In this document: piece after piece, positions 40,342 to 50,661 of the stretch
Position numbering within the stretch: position 1 is the first letter of the stretch
Layout of the letters: every line of letters starts with the position of its first letter
Source: Gemmatimonadota bacterium
GTDB lineage: Bacteria; Gemmatimonadota; Gemmatimonadetes; Palauibacterales; KS3-K002
Assembly (NCBI GenBank): GCA_039586795.1
Contig: JBDHJS010000014.1
Coordinates: 42,571 to 106,570 of the forward strand
Length of the DNA stretch: 64,000 bases
Direction: 5' to 3'
Made by a program: the position numbers and the translations under genes
Notes under the pieces: model-generated
Databases searched by the model: none
Seen by the model: only the letters and a program-made list of their open reading frames with translations
What the model was told of the DNA's origin: nothing

Positions 40342-41692
40342 CGACCAGTTGACCCACGTTGGGGACCTTGTTGAGCGAAAGCGGCGACTTCTTTCCTGCG
40401 AGGTCGCTCGACCGAGACAGGTAGGCGGCGCTGAAGCCCAGGCGTCCCGCCTCGCTCAACCGACGATCCAACTGACTCACCGGCCGCACTTCGCCGCCCA
40501 ATCCCACCTCACCAACGAACACCGTGTCCCGATCCAGAACCACGTCTTTGATCGCCGACGCCACCGCCGCCACGACTGCAAGATCGGCAGCCGGCTCACT
40601 CAGTTTCAGGCCACCCACCACGTTCAGAAACACATCAAGGTCCGACGTCTTCAAACGAGCACGGCGCTCCAGAACCGCGAGCAGCAGAGCTAGCCTGCGG
40701 CCGTCGAACCCCGTGGCTACGCGCTGCGGCGAGCCGTAGACGGAACGATTCACTAACGCTTGAACCTCGACCAGCACCGGCCGGGTTCCTTCCAAAGCCG
40801 CCGCCACAGCCGACCCGCTCGCCCGGTCCTCTCTCCCTAACAGGAACAAGGCAGATGGATTCTCGACCGGCTCCAACCCGGCGGCGCCCATGCGGAACAG
40901 CGCAATCTCATCGGCGGCGCCGAACCGGTTCTTCGTGCCGCGGACGATCCGATGATCGAGACCGGTCGGCGACTCGAAGTAGAGGACGACGTCGACGATG
41001 TGCTCTAGCGTTTTCGGACCCGCGATCCCGCCTTCCTTGGTCACGTGACCGACGACGAACGTCGCCATCTCCCGCCGCTTCGCCACGCGCTGGAGGCCCG
41101 CCGCCACCTCGCGCACCTGCGCCACGCTGCCCGGCGCGCCATCCAGTCGATCCGTGTACAGCGTCTGGATCGAGTCGAGGACGAGTATGTCGGGCGCGAT
41201 CTCCTCCACCCGATCGACGATCGCCTCCGCCGACGTCTCCGCCAGCATCAGCACATCCTCCGTAGGCTCGCGTAACCGCTGCGCTCGCAGCTTCACCTGG
41301 TAGGCCGACTCTTCACCCGAAACGTACAACACCTTATGGCCGGCCCCCGCCAACTTCGCGGAGACCTGGAGCAGCAGCGTCGATTTGCCGATGCCCGGCG
41401 CGCCGCCCAACAGGACCAGCGATCCAGGGACCACGCCGCCGCCGAGGACGAAGTCCAACTCATCGATCCCCGTCGCCCAACGCGAGCGTTCGACGCCCTG
41501 TACGTCGGCCAGACTAACCGCGCTGGCATCCGACTTTGGATCGCGGCCAATTCGCTCCTTGCCAGGTGTCGGCCGGATACGCTCTTCCACCAGCGTGTTC
41601 CAGGCGTGGCAGTGGGGGCACTGACCTTCCCAGCGGTGAGTTTCGCCGCCGCATTCTGAGCAGAAGAAGAGGGTTCGGGTTTTGGGGGTCAT
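40325..41692 (-). CDS. radA: DNA repair protein RadA/Sms
   Basis: C4 Zn finger, GAPGIGKST, GHVTKEG.IAGP, KNRFG and Lon-like C-terminus. Confidence 0.97.
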   Translation of the reverse strand: MTPKTRTLFFCSECGGETHRWEGQCPHCHAWNTLVEERIRPTPGKERIGRDPKSDASAVSLADVQGVERSRWATGIDELDFVLGGGVVPGSLVLLGGAPGIGKSTLLLQVSAKLAGAGHKVLYVSGEESAYQVKLRAQRLREPTEDVLMLAETSAEAIVDRVEEIAPDILVLDSIQTLYTDRLDGAPGSVAQVREVAAGLQRVAKRREMATFVVGHVTKEGGIAGPKTLEHIVDVVLYFESPTGLDHRIVRGTKNRFGAADEIALFRMGAAGLEPVENPSALFLLGREDRASGSAVAAALEGTRPVLVEVQALVNRSVYGSPQRVATGFDGRRLALLLAVLERRARLKTSDLDVFLNVVGGLKLSEPAADLAVVAAVASAIKDVVLDRDTVFVGEVGLGGEVRPVSQLDRRLSEAGRLGFSAAYLSRSSDLAGKKSPLSLNKVPNVGQLVDELFR

Positions 41693-41720
41693 GGTCTAGC
41701 TACGCATCTAGAATAGGCAG

Positions 41721-41860
41721 GTGAACATTGAACATTGGGCACGGTACATGTGAACATTGGACGCGTCGTGCAGCTTGTCGACGTCCAAAGTCGAGATCCA
41801 AGCCTACGTGTCTGGCAGTACCCCGATGTTCAATGTGGAATGGGACACGTTCAATGTTCA
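41721..41860. repeat. TGAACAT heptamer units in inverted arrangement between dnaB and radA
   Basis: TGAACAT at 41722, 41729 and 41751; ATGTTCA/ACGTTCA at 41826, 41847 and 41854. Confidence 0.75.
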
Positions 41861-43270
41861 GTGCTCGGACGACCGGCGCGACACCGATTCAAAGCGCGTG
41901 TATTCTTTGCGGAAGAACAGGTTTACCGTCCCGATCGGCCCATTCCTCTGCTTCCCGATGATCAGTTCCGCCTTCCCCTCCACCGATTCGGCCTCGTCCG
42001 GGACATCGTCGCGCGTGTACACCTCGGGCCGATAGAGGAACAGCACCAGGTCGGCATCCTGCTCGATGGCGCCCGACTCGCGTAGGTCCGACAGCTGCGG
42101 TCGATGCTCGGTGCGCTGTTCCGGCGCCCGGGACAGCTGTGAGAGGGCGATCACCGGAACGTGAAGTTCCTTCGCCACCGCCTTCAGGGCGCCGGAGATG
42201 GCGCTGATCTCCTGCACCCGGCTCTCGGCCCGCGGCGCCCTCATCAGCTGAAGGTAGTCGACGACGATCAACCCAAGATCAACTTCCGCCTTCAAGCGCC
42301 GCGCCTTCGCCCGCACTTCCAGCGCCGTGATCGCCGGCGTGTCATCGATCCAGATCGGCGCCGTGTTCAGGTGGCCCGCCGCCGTCGCCAGTTGCATGTA
42401 CTCCTGCTCCGTCAGCTTGCCGCGACGCAGGTTCTGAGAGTCGACCTGACCCTCCGCGCACAGCAGGCGCTGCACGATCGCTTCCTTCGACATTTCCAAC
42501 GAGAAGAACGCGACCGGCGTACCCTGCTCGATGGCCGTGTGCTGCATGAAGTTGATGACCAGAGACGTCTTCCCCATCGACGGTCGACCGGCGACGACGA
42601 TGAGATCGGCCGGCTGGAACCCGGCGGTCATGTGATCGAGATCAGGGTAGCCGCTCGGCACGCCGACGATGCCACCGCCCGCCTGCTGCAACTGCTCGAT
42701 GTGCTCGAACGCCGGCCACAAGATCTCTTTGATCCAGATGAAGCCCTTGCGCTGACCCTCGTGGGAGATCTGGAAGATGCGTTGCTCGGCACGGTCGATC
42801 GTGTCGTCCACCGCTTCGCCGCCCGACGCGTACGCTTCCTGGATCGTCTCGGTGGAGGCCTCGATCAGTCTCCGCAGCAGCGCCTTGTCACGGATGATCT
42901 TGGCGTGGTACTCGATGTTCGCGGCCGTCGCCACCGCCGCCATCAGCTCCGCCAGGTAGGCCGGGCCACCTACCTGATCCAGCTCGTTGCTGCCCCGCAG
43001 CTCCTCCGTCAGCGTCACCGGGTCGATCGCTTCGCCCCGCTCGAACAGCCGTCGCATCGCTCGGTAGAGACGGCGATTCGCCTCGCGGTAGAACATGCCG
43101 TCGTCCACCAGCTCCACCGCCTTGGCGACGGCGTCGGCGTCGATCAGCATGCCACCCAGCACCGAAATCTCGGCCTCCGGCGACCACGGCGCCTGCCGGT
43201 CGCCGAACGTGTCCGGGGAGCTTACGCCACCCGCCACTGCCTGCTGGTTAGGCGGCATCCAGTCAGCCAC
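41858..43270 (-). CDS. dnaB: Replicative DNA helicase
   Basis: AGRPSMGKT, FSLEM, VDYLQL, LSQLSR, SDLRESGAIEQDAD and KQRNGP motifs; no intein. Confidence 0.98.
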   Translation of the reverse strand: MADWMPPNQQAVAGGVSSPDTFGDRQAPWSPEAEISVLGGMLIDADAVAKAVELVDDGMFYREANRRLYRAMRRLFERGEAIDPVTLTEELRGSNELDQVGGPAYLAELMAAVATAANIEYHAKIIRDKALLRRLIEASTETIQEAYASGGEAVDDTIDRAEQRIFQISHEGQRKGFIWIKEILWPAFEHIEQLQQAGGGIVGVPSGYPDLDHMTAGFQPADLIVVAGRPSMGKTSLVINFMQHTAIEQGTPVAFFSLEMSKEAIVQRLLCAEGQVDSQNLRRGKLTEQEYMQLATAAGHLNTAPIWIDDTPAITALEVRAKARRLKAEVDLGLIVVDYLQLMRAPRAESRVQEISAISGALKAVAKELHVPVIALSQLSRAPEQRTEHRPQLSDLRESGAIEQDADLVLFLYRPEVYTRDDVPDEAESVEGKAELIIGKQRNGPIGTVNLFFRKEYTRFESVSRRSSEH

Positions 43271-44060
43271 GCTCGCCTCCCGGCGGCCGTCCGCCGGCCT
43301 CGTCGTAGATACGACGGAGCATCTGAAGGTCCTCCCAAGCGGGCCGCTTCCACTCCGCGTTTCTCAGAAGTGCCGCGGGATGGTAAGTCACGACCACTGG
43401 TATCCCCATGAAGTCGTGCTGATCACCGCGCAGTCGTCCCAACGACCGGTCGGTGGCCAGCAGCGTCTGCGCCGCGAATCGACCGAACGCGCAAACCGCC
43501 TTCGGCCGGATGATCTCCACTTGTCTACGAAGATAAGGCCTACAGGCCGCAACTTCATCTGCTACCGGATCGCGGTTCTTCGGCGGCCGACATTTCAGGA
43601 CGTTGCAGATGAATACCTCGCCACGAGTGAAGCCGATCGCAGCCAACATCTTGTCGAGCAGCTTACCCGCCGGACCGACGAACGGGCGACCCGACCGGTC
43701 CTCTTCAAAACCCGGCGCTTCGCCAACGACCAGCAGATCGGCCGCCCGATCGCCCTCGCCGAACACGACCGTCGTTCGACCTTCCGACAATCGGCACCGT
43801 GTACAGGCCAGAACCTCGGTCTTCAGGGCATCGAAATCATCGCCGCCGGCCGCCTGCGCGGCCGCCGCGGGCGGAACATCCGTCATCTCCCGGGCTTTTG
43901 CCGCCGGGCGTACCGCGGGCGCGGCGTACGCCGTCGCCCGCGCCTGCTGAATCAGGTCAGCGGCGCTGATCCCCTCCAGGAACCACTCGCTCAGACCCAG
44001 CTCCTTTCGCTGGCTGAGGTAGCGGACCAGCAGGTCTCTCGGATTCTGTGATTCAGTCAC
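43263..44060 (-). CDS. Uracil-DNA glycosylase family 4 (Fe-S)
   Basis: C..C.L, GEAPG.EED..GRPFVG.AG, KCRPP.NR and TYHPAALLR motifs. Confidence 0.94.
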   Translation of the reverse strand: MTESQNPRDLLVRYLSQRKELGLSEWFLEGISAADLIQQARATAYAAPAVRPAAKAREMTDVPPAAAAQAAGGDDFDALKTEVLACTRCRLSEGRTTVVFGEGDRAADLLVVGEAPGFEEDRSGRPFVGPAGKLLDKMLAAIGFTRGEVFICNVLKCRPPKNRDPVADEVAACRPYLRRQVEIIRPKAVCAFGRFAAQTLLATDRSLGRLRGDQHDFMGIPVVVTYHPAALLRNAEWKRPAWEDLQMLRRIYDEAGGRPPGGERG

Positions 44061-45255
44061 TCGATAGGAGTCGCTCGGCCCGATCGAGGATCTCGTCGGC
44101 CACTTCCGTTTTGAGCATCAGTGGCAGCTCCTCCGCCACTCCGGAAGCATCTATGATGGTCACGCGATTCGTGTCTACATCGAAGCCCGCGCCCGGCTCG
44201 GTTGGATCGTTGAGCACGATGATATCCGCGCCCTTCTTTTCGAGCTTGGCTCTGGCGGACTCCACCGCACCTTCGCCCGACTCTACCGCGAACGCCACCT
44301 TCACGCAGTTCGTGGGCGCTTTGACGCTGGCCGCCGCCAACACGTCGGCCGTCGACTCCACCGGGATGGCATCGAGCCCGCTGGACCGTCGGATCTTCTC
44401 GTCCTTTGGATCGGTGGGTCGGAAGTCGCTCACCGCGGCGACCATCATAATAGCTGAAGCGCCGTCGATCGACCCGTCCACCGCGGCTCGCATCTCTTCC
44501 GCCGTCTCTACCAGGTGCACGTTGTCCAGCTCCGCCGGCGTCGGCGTTCCGGCTGGCCCGTTGATCAACACGACGTCCGCCCCCCTACGCCACGCCGCCG
44601 CCGCCAGCGCATGGCCCATGCGGCCGGATGACCGGTTACCGATGAAGCGAACCGTGTCCACCGGCTCCCACGTCGGGCCCGCCGTGACCACGACCTTTTT
44701 GTCGCGCCAGGCGCTCTCCGGCTCCAGCATGCGACCGATTTGCGCGAATATGACTTCCGGCTCGACCATCCGCCCCCAGCCCTCTTCGCCTTCCGCCAGG
44801 TCGCCGTAGGCTGGGCCCACGAGGGTGTGACCGTGCTCGCGTAGCGTCTCCAGGTTACGCTGCGTCGCCGGATGTTCATACATCCGCGTGTTCATCGAAG
44901 GCGCCAGCAACGCGCGATGCGGTGCGGCCAGCAGCGTGGTGGAGAGCAACCCGTCCGCCAGACCGTTGGCGAACTTCGCCAGCAAGTTGGCCGTCGCCGG
45001 CGCCACCACGATGGCGTCCGCCCAGCGACCCAACTCGATGTGGTCCAGCGCGTTCTCCCACAACGACTGACGTACCTTACGACCCGTCAGCGCCTCGAAC
45101 GTCGCCGCCCCGACGAAATGCGATCCACTTTCTGTTAGGATGACTTGGACTTCTGCACCTGCCTGACTCAGCCGGCGCGCCAGTTCCACCGTCTTGTAGG
45201 CGGCGATCCCACCGGCCACGCCGACCAGCACCCGCTTACCGTCGAACGGGCGCAT
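44053..45255 (-). CDS. coaBC: Phosphopantothenoylcysteine decarboxylase/ligase
   Basis: GGIAAYK, APATAN, PSMN, TAGPT.E.VD.VRFIGNRSSG.MG and AAVSDF motifs. Confidence 0.96.
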   Translation of the reverse strand: MRPFDGKRVLVGVAGGIAAYKTVELARRLSQAGAEVQVILTESGSHFVGAATFEALTGRKVRQSLWENALDHIELGRWADAIVVAPATANLLAKFANGLADGLLSTTLLAAPHRALLAPSMNTRMYEHPATQRNLETLREHGHTLVGPAYGDLAEGEEGWGRMVEPEVIFAQIGRMLEPESAWRDKKVVVTAGPTWEPVDTVRFIGNRSSGRMGHALAAAAWRRGADVVLINGPAGTPTPAELDNVHLVETAEEMRAAVDGSIDGASAIMMVAAVSDFRPTDPKDEKIRRSSGLDAIPVESTADVLAAASVKAPTNCVKVAFAVESGEGAVESARAKLEKKGADIIVLNDPTEPGAGFDVDTNRVTIIDASGVAEELPLMLKTEVADEILDRAERLLSSD

Positions 45256-45264
45256 GGCAGGTTC

Positions 45265-45480
45265 CTACGACGCCTGGCGGCGCCGCTTCACCAAGCGAAA
45301 CTCGATCTGTCCGGAAGTCAGTTCCCGCAGCGCCTGCGTCGTTAGCTTCTCCGGACCGTAGGGAGAGTTGCCAAGCGGAAGGGCATTGATCTCACGAGCG
45401 TATCGCGCGGCAACCAGTACGCCCAGGTACTTGTTACCACCCGCGCTCTCAGCGACATCAAAAGGAGTGAATACCTTCAT
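45265..45480 (-). CDS. rpoZ: RNA polymerase omega subunit
   Basis: NKY..VLVAA..AREIN..K.T..AL.E pattern; gmk-rpoZ-coaBC synteny. Confidence 0.85.
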   Translation of the reverse strand: MKVFTPFDVAESAGGNKYLGVLVAARYAREINALPLGNSPYGPEKLTTQALRELTSGQIEFRLVKRRRQAS

Positions 45481-45564
45481 ATAAACTAGACCAGGTTATC
45501 AGGATTTCCTCGATCAGCGAGCCGTGTAAGTTATCCGACCGCCGCCTCCGGTGGAAGGGCCGCC

Positions 45565-46197
45565 TCAGCCACCCTGCCCCGCCAGCCCGTTCTCCAAGTC
45601 CCGCCGCAGTTCCTCGATCTCCGCCTGGCGCCGGCTCTGGCGCTGGCGCTCTCCATCGATGATCGCCCGCACCCGGGATACCGTCCCATCCAGTCGGTCG
45701 TTCACTACGACGTATTCGAACGAGGAAAGCGCCTTCAGCTCGCTTTTCGCCGTCTCCATCCGACGCTGCAGCCGTTCGGTGTTCTCGCTTCCCCGACCTT
45801 TCACTCGCTCCAGTAAGACGTCGAACGATGGCGGCAGCAAGAAGATCGTCACCGTGTCGGGTCGCGCCTTCACCACCTGGCGCGCGCCCTGCACATCGAT
45901 GTCGAGTAGCAGCAATTTTCCTTCCCGCTCCGCCGCCCCCAGGTTCGCCCGGGGAGTTCCGTAGAAGTCGCCGTGTACCTCCGCCCACTCCAGCAGCTCG
46001 CCGCGAGCGATCATGCCGCGGAACTCATCCTCGGTAACGAAGTGGTAGTCGACCCCGTCCCGCTCGCCGGACCGCGGCGCCCGCGTCGTCGCCGAGACCG
46101 AGAACAGCAGATCGTCGGCCGCCGACAAAAGCTCATGACAAACAGTCGTCTTACCGCCTCCCGACGGTGCGCAAATCGCTATCGCGAACGCGGTCAT
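45565..46197 (-). CDS. gmk: Guanylate kinase
   Basis: APSGGGKT, SVSATTR.PR.GE.DGVDYHF, YGTP and DIDVQGA motifs. Confidence 0.97.
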   Translation of the reverse strand: MTAFAIAICAPSGGGKTTVCHELLSAADDLLFSVSATTRAPRSGERDGVDYHFVTEDEFRGMIARGELLEWAEVHGDFYGTPRANLGAAEREGKLLLLDIDVQGARQVVKARPDTVTIFLLPPSFDVLLERVKGRGSENTERLQRRMETAKSELKALSSFEYVVVNDRLDGTVSRVRAIIDGERQRQSRRQAEIEELRRDLENGLAGQGG

Positions 46198-47075
46198 TCC
46201 ACGTTCTCCACCTGCTCGCGCAGCTTTTCGATCGCCGCCTTGATCTCCACCGATTGGCGAGCGATCTCCGCATCGTTCGCCTTCGAGCCGATCGTGTTCG
46301 CCTCGCGGTGCATCTCCTGTACCCAGAAACCCATGCGCTTGCCAGCCGGCTCCGCGCCGTCCGCTTCCAGCAACGAGCGAAACTCGGCGATGTGCGAGCG
46401 AAGCCTGACGAGCTCTTCGTTGATGTCCCAACGCTCGGCAAGGAACGCGATCTCTCGAGCCAGGCGTTCCTCGTCCACCTGCACATCCTCGGACAGCTCC
46501 GCCACGGCTTCCCGCATCCGGTTGCGCTCCTCGATCAAGCGCTCGGGGGCTCGCGCCTCGATCACCTCGAGCGCCGCCTCCATATTGGTCAGCGACGCGG
46601 TCAGGTCTTTGGCCAGCGCCGCGCCCTCGCGTTCACGCATCTCCACCACCATCGCCGTGGCCTGCCGGGTCGCCTCCGCCAGGTCCTCGAAGCCGAGCTC
46701 CTCCATATCGTCCGTCGGCGCCTGGAAGATGTCACCGAACCGCGCCAGCAATGGAACGTTCACCTCGCCGCCCAGTCCGTGCCGCTGCTTGATCTCCTCC
46801 AGCGCCTTCACGTAGGCCACCACCCGACCATGATCCACCTCGACCGGGCGAACCGCCTCCGGACCTTCCTGCAGCGCGATGCGATAGTGAACGTGACCCC
46901 GCGCCATCCCTTCGCGGAGGATCGCCGTCAGCTCCGCCTCCCAGCGCTCGGCGTTCGGCGGCAGCCGGAAATGCGTGTGGAAGTGACGGTGGTTCACCGT
47001 GCGAACCTGAACCGTCAACACCCCATTCACCGTTTCCCGCTGCACCTCCCCAAACCCCGTCATACTCCTAATCAT
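46194..47075 (-). CDS. yicC: YicC/YloC-family endoribonuclease
   Basis: MIRSMTGFG, VNHR, DINEELVRL.SH, QEMHREANTIGSK and EKLREQVENVE motifs. Confidence 0.95.
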   Translation of the reverse strand: MIRSMTGFGEVQRETVNGVLTVQVRTVNHRHFHTHFRLPPNAERWEAELTAILREGMARGHVHYRIALQEGPEAVRPVEVDHGRVVAYVKALEEIKQRHGLGGEVNVPLLARFGDIFQAPTDDMEELGFEDLAEATRQATAMVVEMREREGAALAKDLTASLTNMEAALEVIEARAPERLIEERNRMREAVAELSEDVQVDEERLAREIAFLAERWDINEELVRLRSHIAEFRSLLEADGAEPAGKRMGFWVQEMHREANTIGSKANDAEIARQSVEIKAAIEKLREQVENVE

Positions 47076-47151
47076 AGCGCCCTACCCTCTTCCCTCACGT
47101 CGATGTCTGATAATCGTGCAGAATTGATATGGATCGCCTCGACCCTCTAAA

Positions 47152-49011
47152 CTAATTCCAGAACTCCCACTTCACCCCGAAATGGTACCTATTCTTCGGC
47201 AACGGAACCAGCAGCAAGTCTCGCGGTTCGCCTCCCACGCTCTCGAAGTACTCGTAGTTGTAGTAGATGTATAGATCCATGATCCGAATCACCGCTTCGC
47301 CGCGGAAGAAATTGAAGTTGTCCGTCGTCCGCGCCCCGCCCGGCCCCAGGCTCGGGTCGGAGACGAACATGGGGCCACGGACTCCCCCTATCGCCTTCAG
47401 CCATACCTGGAGTTGATCCGCCAACGCCAACAAGCGGTACTCCCCCTCGGCTCGCCACTCCCACTTCGGCCAGTAGAGAAAGAACCCGTCCTCGCGCTGC
47501 CGGTATCGGCCGCCCACCTCCAGCGTGCCCGTGAAGATCCGGCCGATCGGGCCCGCGGCCCAACCCTCCACGACTCCGACCCTGCCGCCGGGCACCAGCG
47601 CCAAGCTGTCCACGGGTGGACCGAGCGCCAACGACGGCTCGACACGCCACTTCCCCGCACGACCGCCCAGCCGGTACTTCCCGAAGAACGCGATCTCCCC
47701 GCCCACCGTCCAGCGACCGTACTCGTAGCGCTTCCTTGGCACTTCGGCATAGATCCCGCGATCGCCCTCCTCGATCTCGGCCAGCACGCGGGTGTTCAAA
47801 GGCAGGTCGAGATTGAGCGACGCGTAGCCGCCCGCCACCTGGAAATCTCCCCAATCGGCGTATTGCCCGGTCGCGAAGATCGACGCCGGGCCCAGTGCTA
47901 GCTCGAGCGATGCTTCCGGGGTGAATCGAGGAACCGTCTCGCCGTTCCAGGCGCGCAGAGCGACATAGGCGGACCACAAGTCCCCGTTTCGCGCCGCGCG
48001 TACGGCGACCTGTCGTGCATCGGTGGTGGGCAGTACCTGGGTCTCCTGCACCATGGGAAAGAGATATCCACTCAACCACAAGATCCCGCTGGCCGTCCGC
48101 AACGTTTCAGGCTCGAGCGGTTCACGCTCGACCTTTCCCTGACCTGCGACGACGTCGGCATACCAGCCTTTAGAGAAGGCCCGGCGCAATCTGAGAATCC
48201 AGTCGGTCCGACTGATGTTGTCGAACGCATCCCGGCCAACCCTCGTGCCCCGGTACTCCACCTCGCCCCAGATTCCCATCGGAAGTGGCACCGCGAAATC
48301 GAACCAGACGAACGTGCGATCTGCCGGCCCAACGACACCGTTCGTGCTGACACGGTCCACTCCAAACCCGAACGGCGCCCCGAACAATCGAGACGAAAAG
48401 AATCCCCTCAGCAGCGCCGTGTTTCGATCGCCCGTACCCGCCTCGACGCGAGAGTAGGGTTCCCGTCGGTCGCGACGATACGCGTGCCCAATGGCGTGGT
48501 AGCCGCCCGGCATGCGAACCATCCGCGCCTCCTGCAACTCGACCAGCGGTATCAGATGCAGATCGACACCGCCGCCCAACAGCGGCGCGATCTCGTAGCC
48601 ATCGATGTCGTAGCGAAAACTGCCGGGTCCGCTTCCGGCGAACACCGACATCTGAGGGCCATCGAAAAACCCGGCCCGCACAGGGTCGAGGAGCGGTGTG
48701 AACTCGATGAGGTCGGCGAACGACAGGGCGCCCGTGGAGAGCAGATCACGCATCTTCCAATCCGCCGCGATGCCCGGACGACGCGTCGCCGGGTCGGGAA
48801 ACCACGGGAACCGGGGCACGATGGTATCAGCGGGAGCCACTGAGTCTTGGAGCGCCAGCGAGTCCGGCGCTTGAAGCGAGTCCGGTACCTGGTCCGGAGC
48901 ACGTTCCGCCGCGGGCAACGTGTCCGGCTCCTGAGCCAGCAGGGCGTCACCATAACGGGACGCCGCCGACAGCAGAACTAGAAGAACGAGCGCGCGTCTG
49001 AACGATTGCAC
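47152..49011 (-). CDS. Outer-membrane beta-barrel with short plug-like N-domain
   Basis: Signal peptide, low-complexity linker, plug-like segment (IDG..DL..IP), beta strands and aromatic C-terminus GVKWEFWN. Confidence 0.7.
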   Translation of the reverse strand: MQSFRRALVLLVLLSAASRYGDALLAQEPDTLPAAERAPDQVPDSLQAPDSLALQDSVAPADTIVPRFPWFPDPATRRPGIAADWKMRDLLSTGALSFADLIEFTPLLDPVRAGFFDGPQMSVFAGSGPGSFRYDIDGYEIAPLLGGGVDLHLIPLVELQEARMVRMPGGYHAIGHAYRRDRREPYSRVEAGTGDRNTALLRGFFSSRLFGAPFGFGVDRVSTNGVVGPADRTFVWFDFAVPLPMGIWGEVEYRGTRVGRDAFDNISRTDWILRLRRAFSKGWYADVVAGQGKVEREPLEPETLRTASGILWLSGYLFPMVQETQVLPTTDARQVAVRAARNGDLWSAYVALRAWNGETVPRFTPEASLELALGPASIFATGQYADWGDFQVAGGYASLNLDLPLNTRVLAEIEEGDRGIYAEVPRKRYEYGRWTVGGEIAFFGKYRLGGRAGKWRVEPSLALGPPVDSLALVPGGRVGVVEGWAAGPIGRIFTGTLEVGGRYRQREDGFFLYWPKWEWRAEGEYRLLALADQLQVWLKAIGGVRGPMFVSDPSLGPGGARTTDNFNFFRGEAVIRIMDLYIYYNYEYFESVGGEPRDLLLVPLPKNRYHFGVKWEFWN

Positions 49012-49024
49012 GAGGCGACCCGCC

Positions 49025-50545
49025 TCACCTTGCCCGACCCCTCACCCACTCGGTGAACAGTCGGACCCCAACCCCCGTCGGCCCCACCGTCTGGTAGGGC
49101 CCTGCCTTTTCCGCCCACGCCGTCCCGGCGATGTCGAGGTGCGCCCACGGTGACGGTCCCGCGAATTCCCGCAGGAACATCGCCGCCGTGATCGTTCCCG
49201 CCGCCCGACCTCCGGTGTTCTTGATGTCGGCGATCTCCGACTCGAGCTGTTTCCGATAAACCTCCCAGAGCGGAAGCTGCCAAACTCGCTCGCCCGAGCG
49301 ACTTCCCGCGCCGCGAATCTCATCCACCAGATCCTGGTCGTTCCCCATCAAGCCGATCGCCTCGTGGCCCAACGCCACGACGCAGGCACCGGTCAGGGTC
49401 GCGATATCGATCACGGCCTCCGGCTCGTAGCGCGCCGCGTAGTTCAGCGCGTCCGCCAGGATCAGCCGGCCTTCGGCGTCCGTGTTCAGCACTTCGATCG
49501 TCTTTCGCGAGCGGGACCCAATCACGTCCCCCGGTCGCACCGCGTGCCCCGACGGCATGTTCTCCACCGCCGGGATCAGCCCGACCACGTTCGCTCCCAG
49601 CCCCAGCTTGGCGATCGCCCGCATCGCCCCCAGAACGGCCGCCGCGCCCGACATGTCGTACTTCATCGACTCCATTCCCGTCGGAGTCTTCAGCGACAGA
49701 CCGCCGGAATCGAACGTCACGCCCTTGCCCACGAGCACCAGCGGCTGGCCGTTCTCGAGCGGCGTGTACTCCATAGCGATGAAGCGGGGCTCTTCATCGC
49801 TGCCCGCCGAGACGGCCAGCAGCGCTCCCATCCCGTCCTTCTTGATCGCCGCCCGATCCAGGATCGTCACCTTGATCCCGAGCTCCTCGCCCAGCTTTCG
49901 GGCCTCGTCGGCCAGGTAACGAGGGTTCACGATGTTCGCCGGCCGCGCCGCCAGCGCCCTGGTGTAGTTCTGCGCGTCCGCCACCACCTGCCCAATCTCG
50001 GCGCCTCGCTCCGCCGCCTCTCTCGACTTCGCGGTAGGAATCAGCACGCTCAACTGGTGCAGCGGTTGCCGCGGAGGCTCCTTACCGGGCTCGCTTCTCA
50101 GCTCGTCGAATCGCCAGTAGCCCAGCACCACGCCCTCCACCAGCGCCCGGGCCGCCTCCTCGGTGCCCATCGCGCGTCCAAGCCAGCCCGGCGAGACCGA
50201 TACGGCAAACTCGGTGATCCCCAACTCGGCCGCTCGGTTGGCCGCCCGACCGCCCACCTCGCGCAGCCGTTCCTCGTTCAGATCCGCGCGCTCGCCGATG
50301 CCGATCAGCAGCACCCGATCGGGCCCGATCTCGCCCTGACGATAGAGCAACAACATTTGGCCGCGACTGGCCTTGAAGTCACCGCTCGTCACGGCGCGGG
50401 TGAGAGTGAGTCCCAGCGACTCGTCCAGCGGATCGAAGTTCGCGGTGAGCGGCTCCGCCTGATTCTCCGAGTCCTGGCACCAGGGCAGTACCAGCAGTGG
50501 CGTCTCGGTTGCGGCGAGAGTACCGACTCCGATGTCCAGCTTCAT
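49025..50545 (-). CDS. pepA: Leucyl aminopeptidase (M17)
   Basis: VGKGVTFDSGG, MKYDMSG, NTDAEGRL.LAD, ATLTGA and HLDIAG motifs. Confidence 0.96.
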   Translation of the reverse strand: MKLDIGVGTLAATETPLLVLPWCQDSENQAEPLTANFDPLDESLGLTLTRAVTSGDFKASRGQMLLLYRQGEIGPDRVLLIGIGERADLNEERLREVGGRAANRAAELGITEFAVSVSPGWLGRAMGTEEAARALVEGVVLGYWRFDELRSEPGKEPPRQPLHQLSVLIPTAKSREAAERGAEIGQVVADAQNYTRALAARPANIVNPRYLADEARKLGEELGIKVTILDRAAIKKDGMGALLAVSAGSDEEPRFIAMEYTPLENGQPLVLVGKGVTFDSGGLSLKTPTGMESMKYDMSGAAAVLGAMRAIAKLGLGANVVGLIPAVENMPSGHAVRPGDVIGSRSRKTIEVLNTDAEGRLILADALNYAARYEPEAVIDIATLTGACVVALGHEAIGLMGNDQDLVDEIRGAGSRSGERVWQLPLWEVYRKQLESEIADIKNTGGRAAGTITAAMFLREFAGPSPWAHLDIAGTAWAEKAGPYQTVGPTGVGVRLFTEWVRGRAR

Positions 50546-50645
50546 GTGACCGTCCTATCCCTCCAAGAAGACATGCTCGAGTCCGGCCCGTCGCATTCGC
50601 GGACCGTGATCACGTGTATAAGGGCGTCGCAACGGATGTTTTTAC

Positions 50646-50661
50646 TCGAACGATCGTTCGA
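50646..50661. promoter_or_regulatory. Perfect 16-bp palindrome TCGAAC-GATC-GTTCGA (LexA/Cheo-box-like operator)
   Basis: Exact match to CGAAC-N4-GTTCG, about 100 bp upstream of pepA and downstream of a minus-strand TAGAAT (50695-50690). Confidence 0.5.

Noticed and set aside
41721..41760. GAAC repeats upstream of radA as a LexA box
   Set aside because: The spacing is a 7-nt period, fitting neither GAAC-N4-GTTC nor GTTC-N7-GTTC. It is better explained as the heptamer repeat class.
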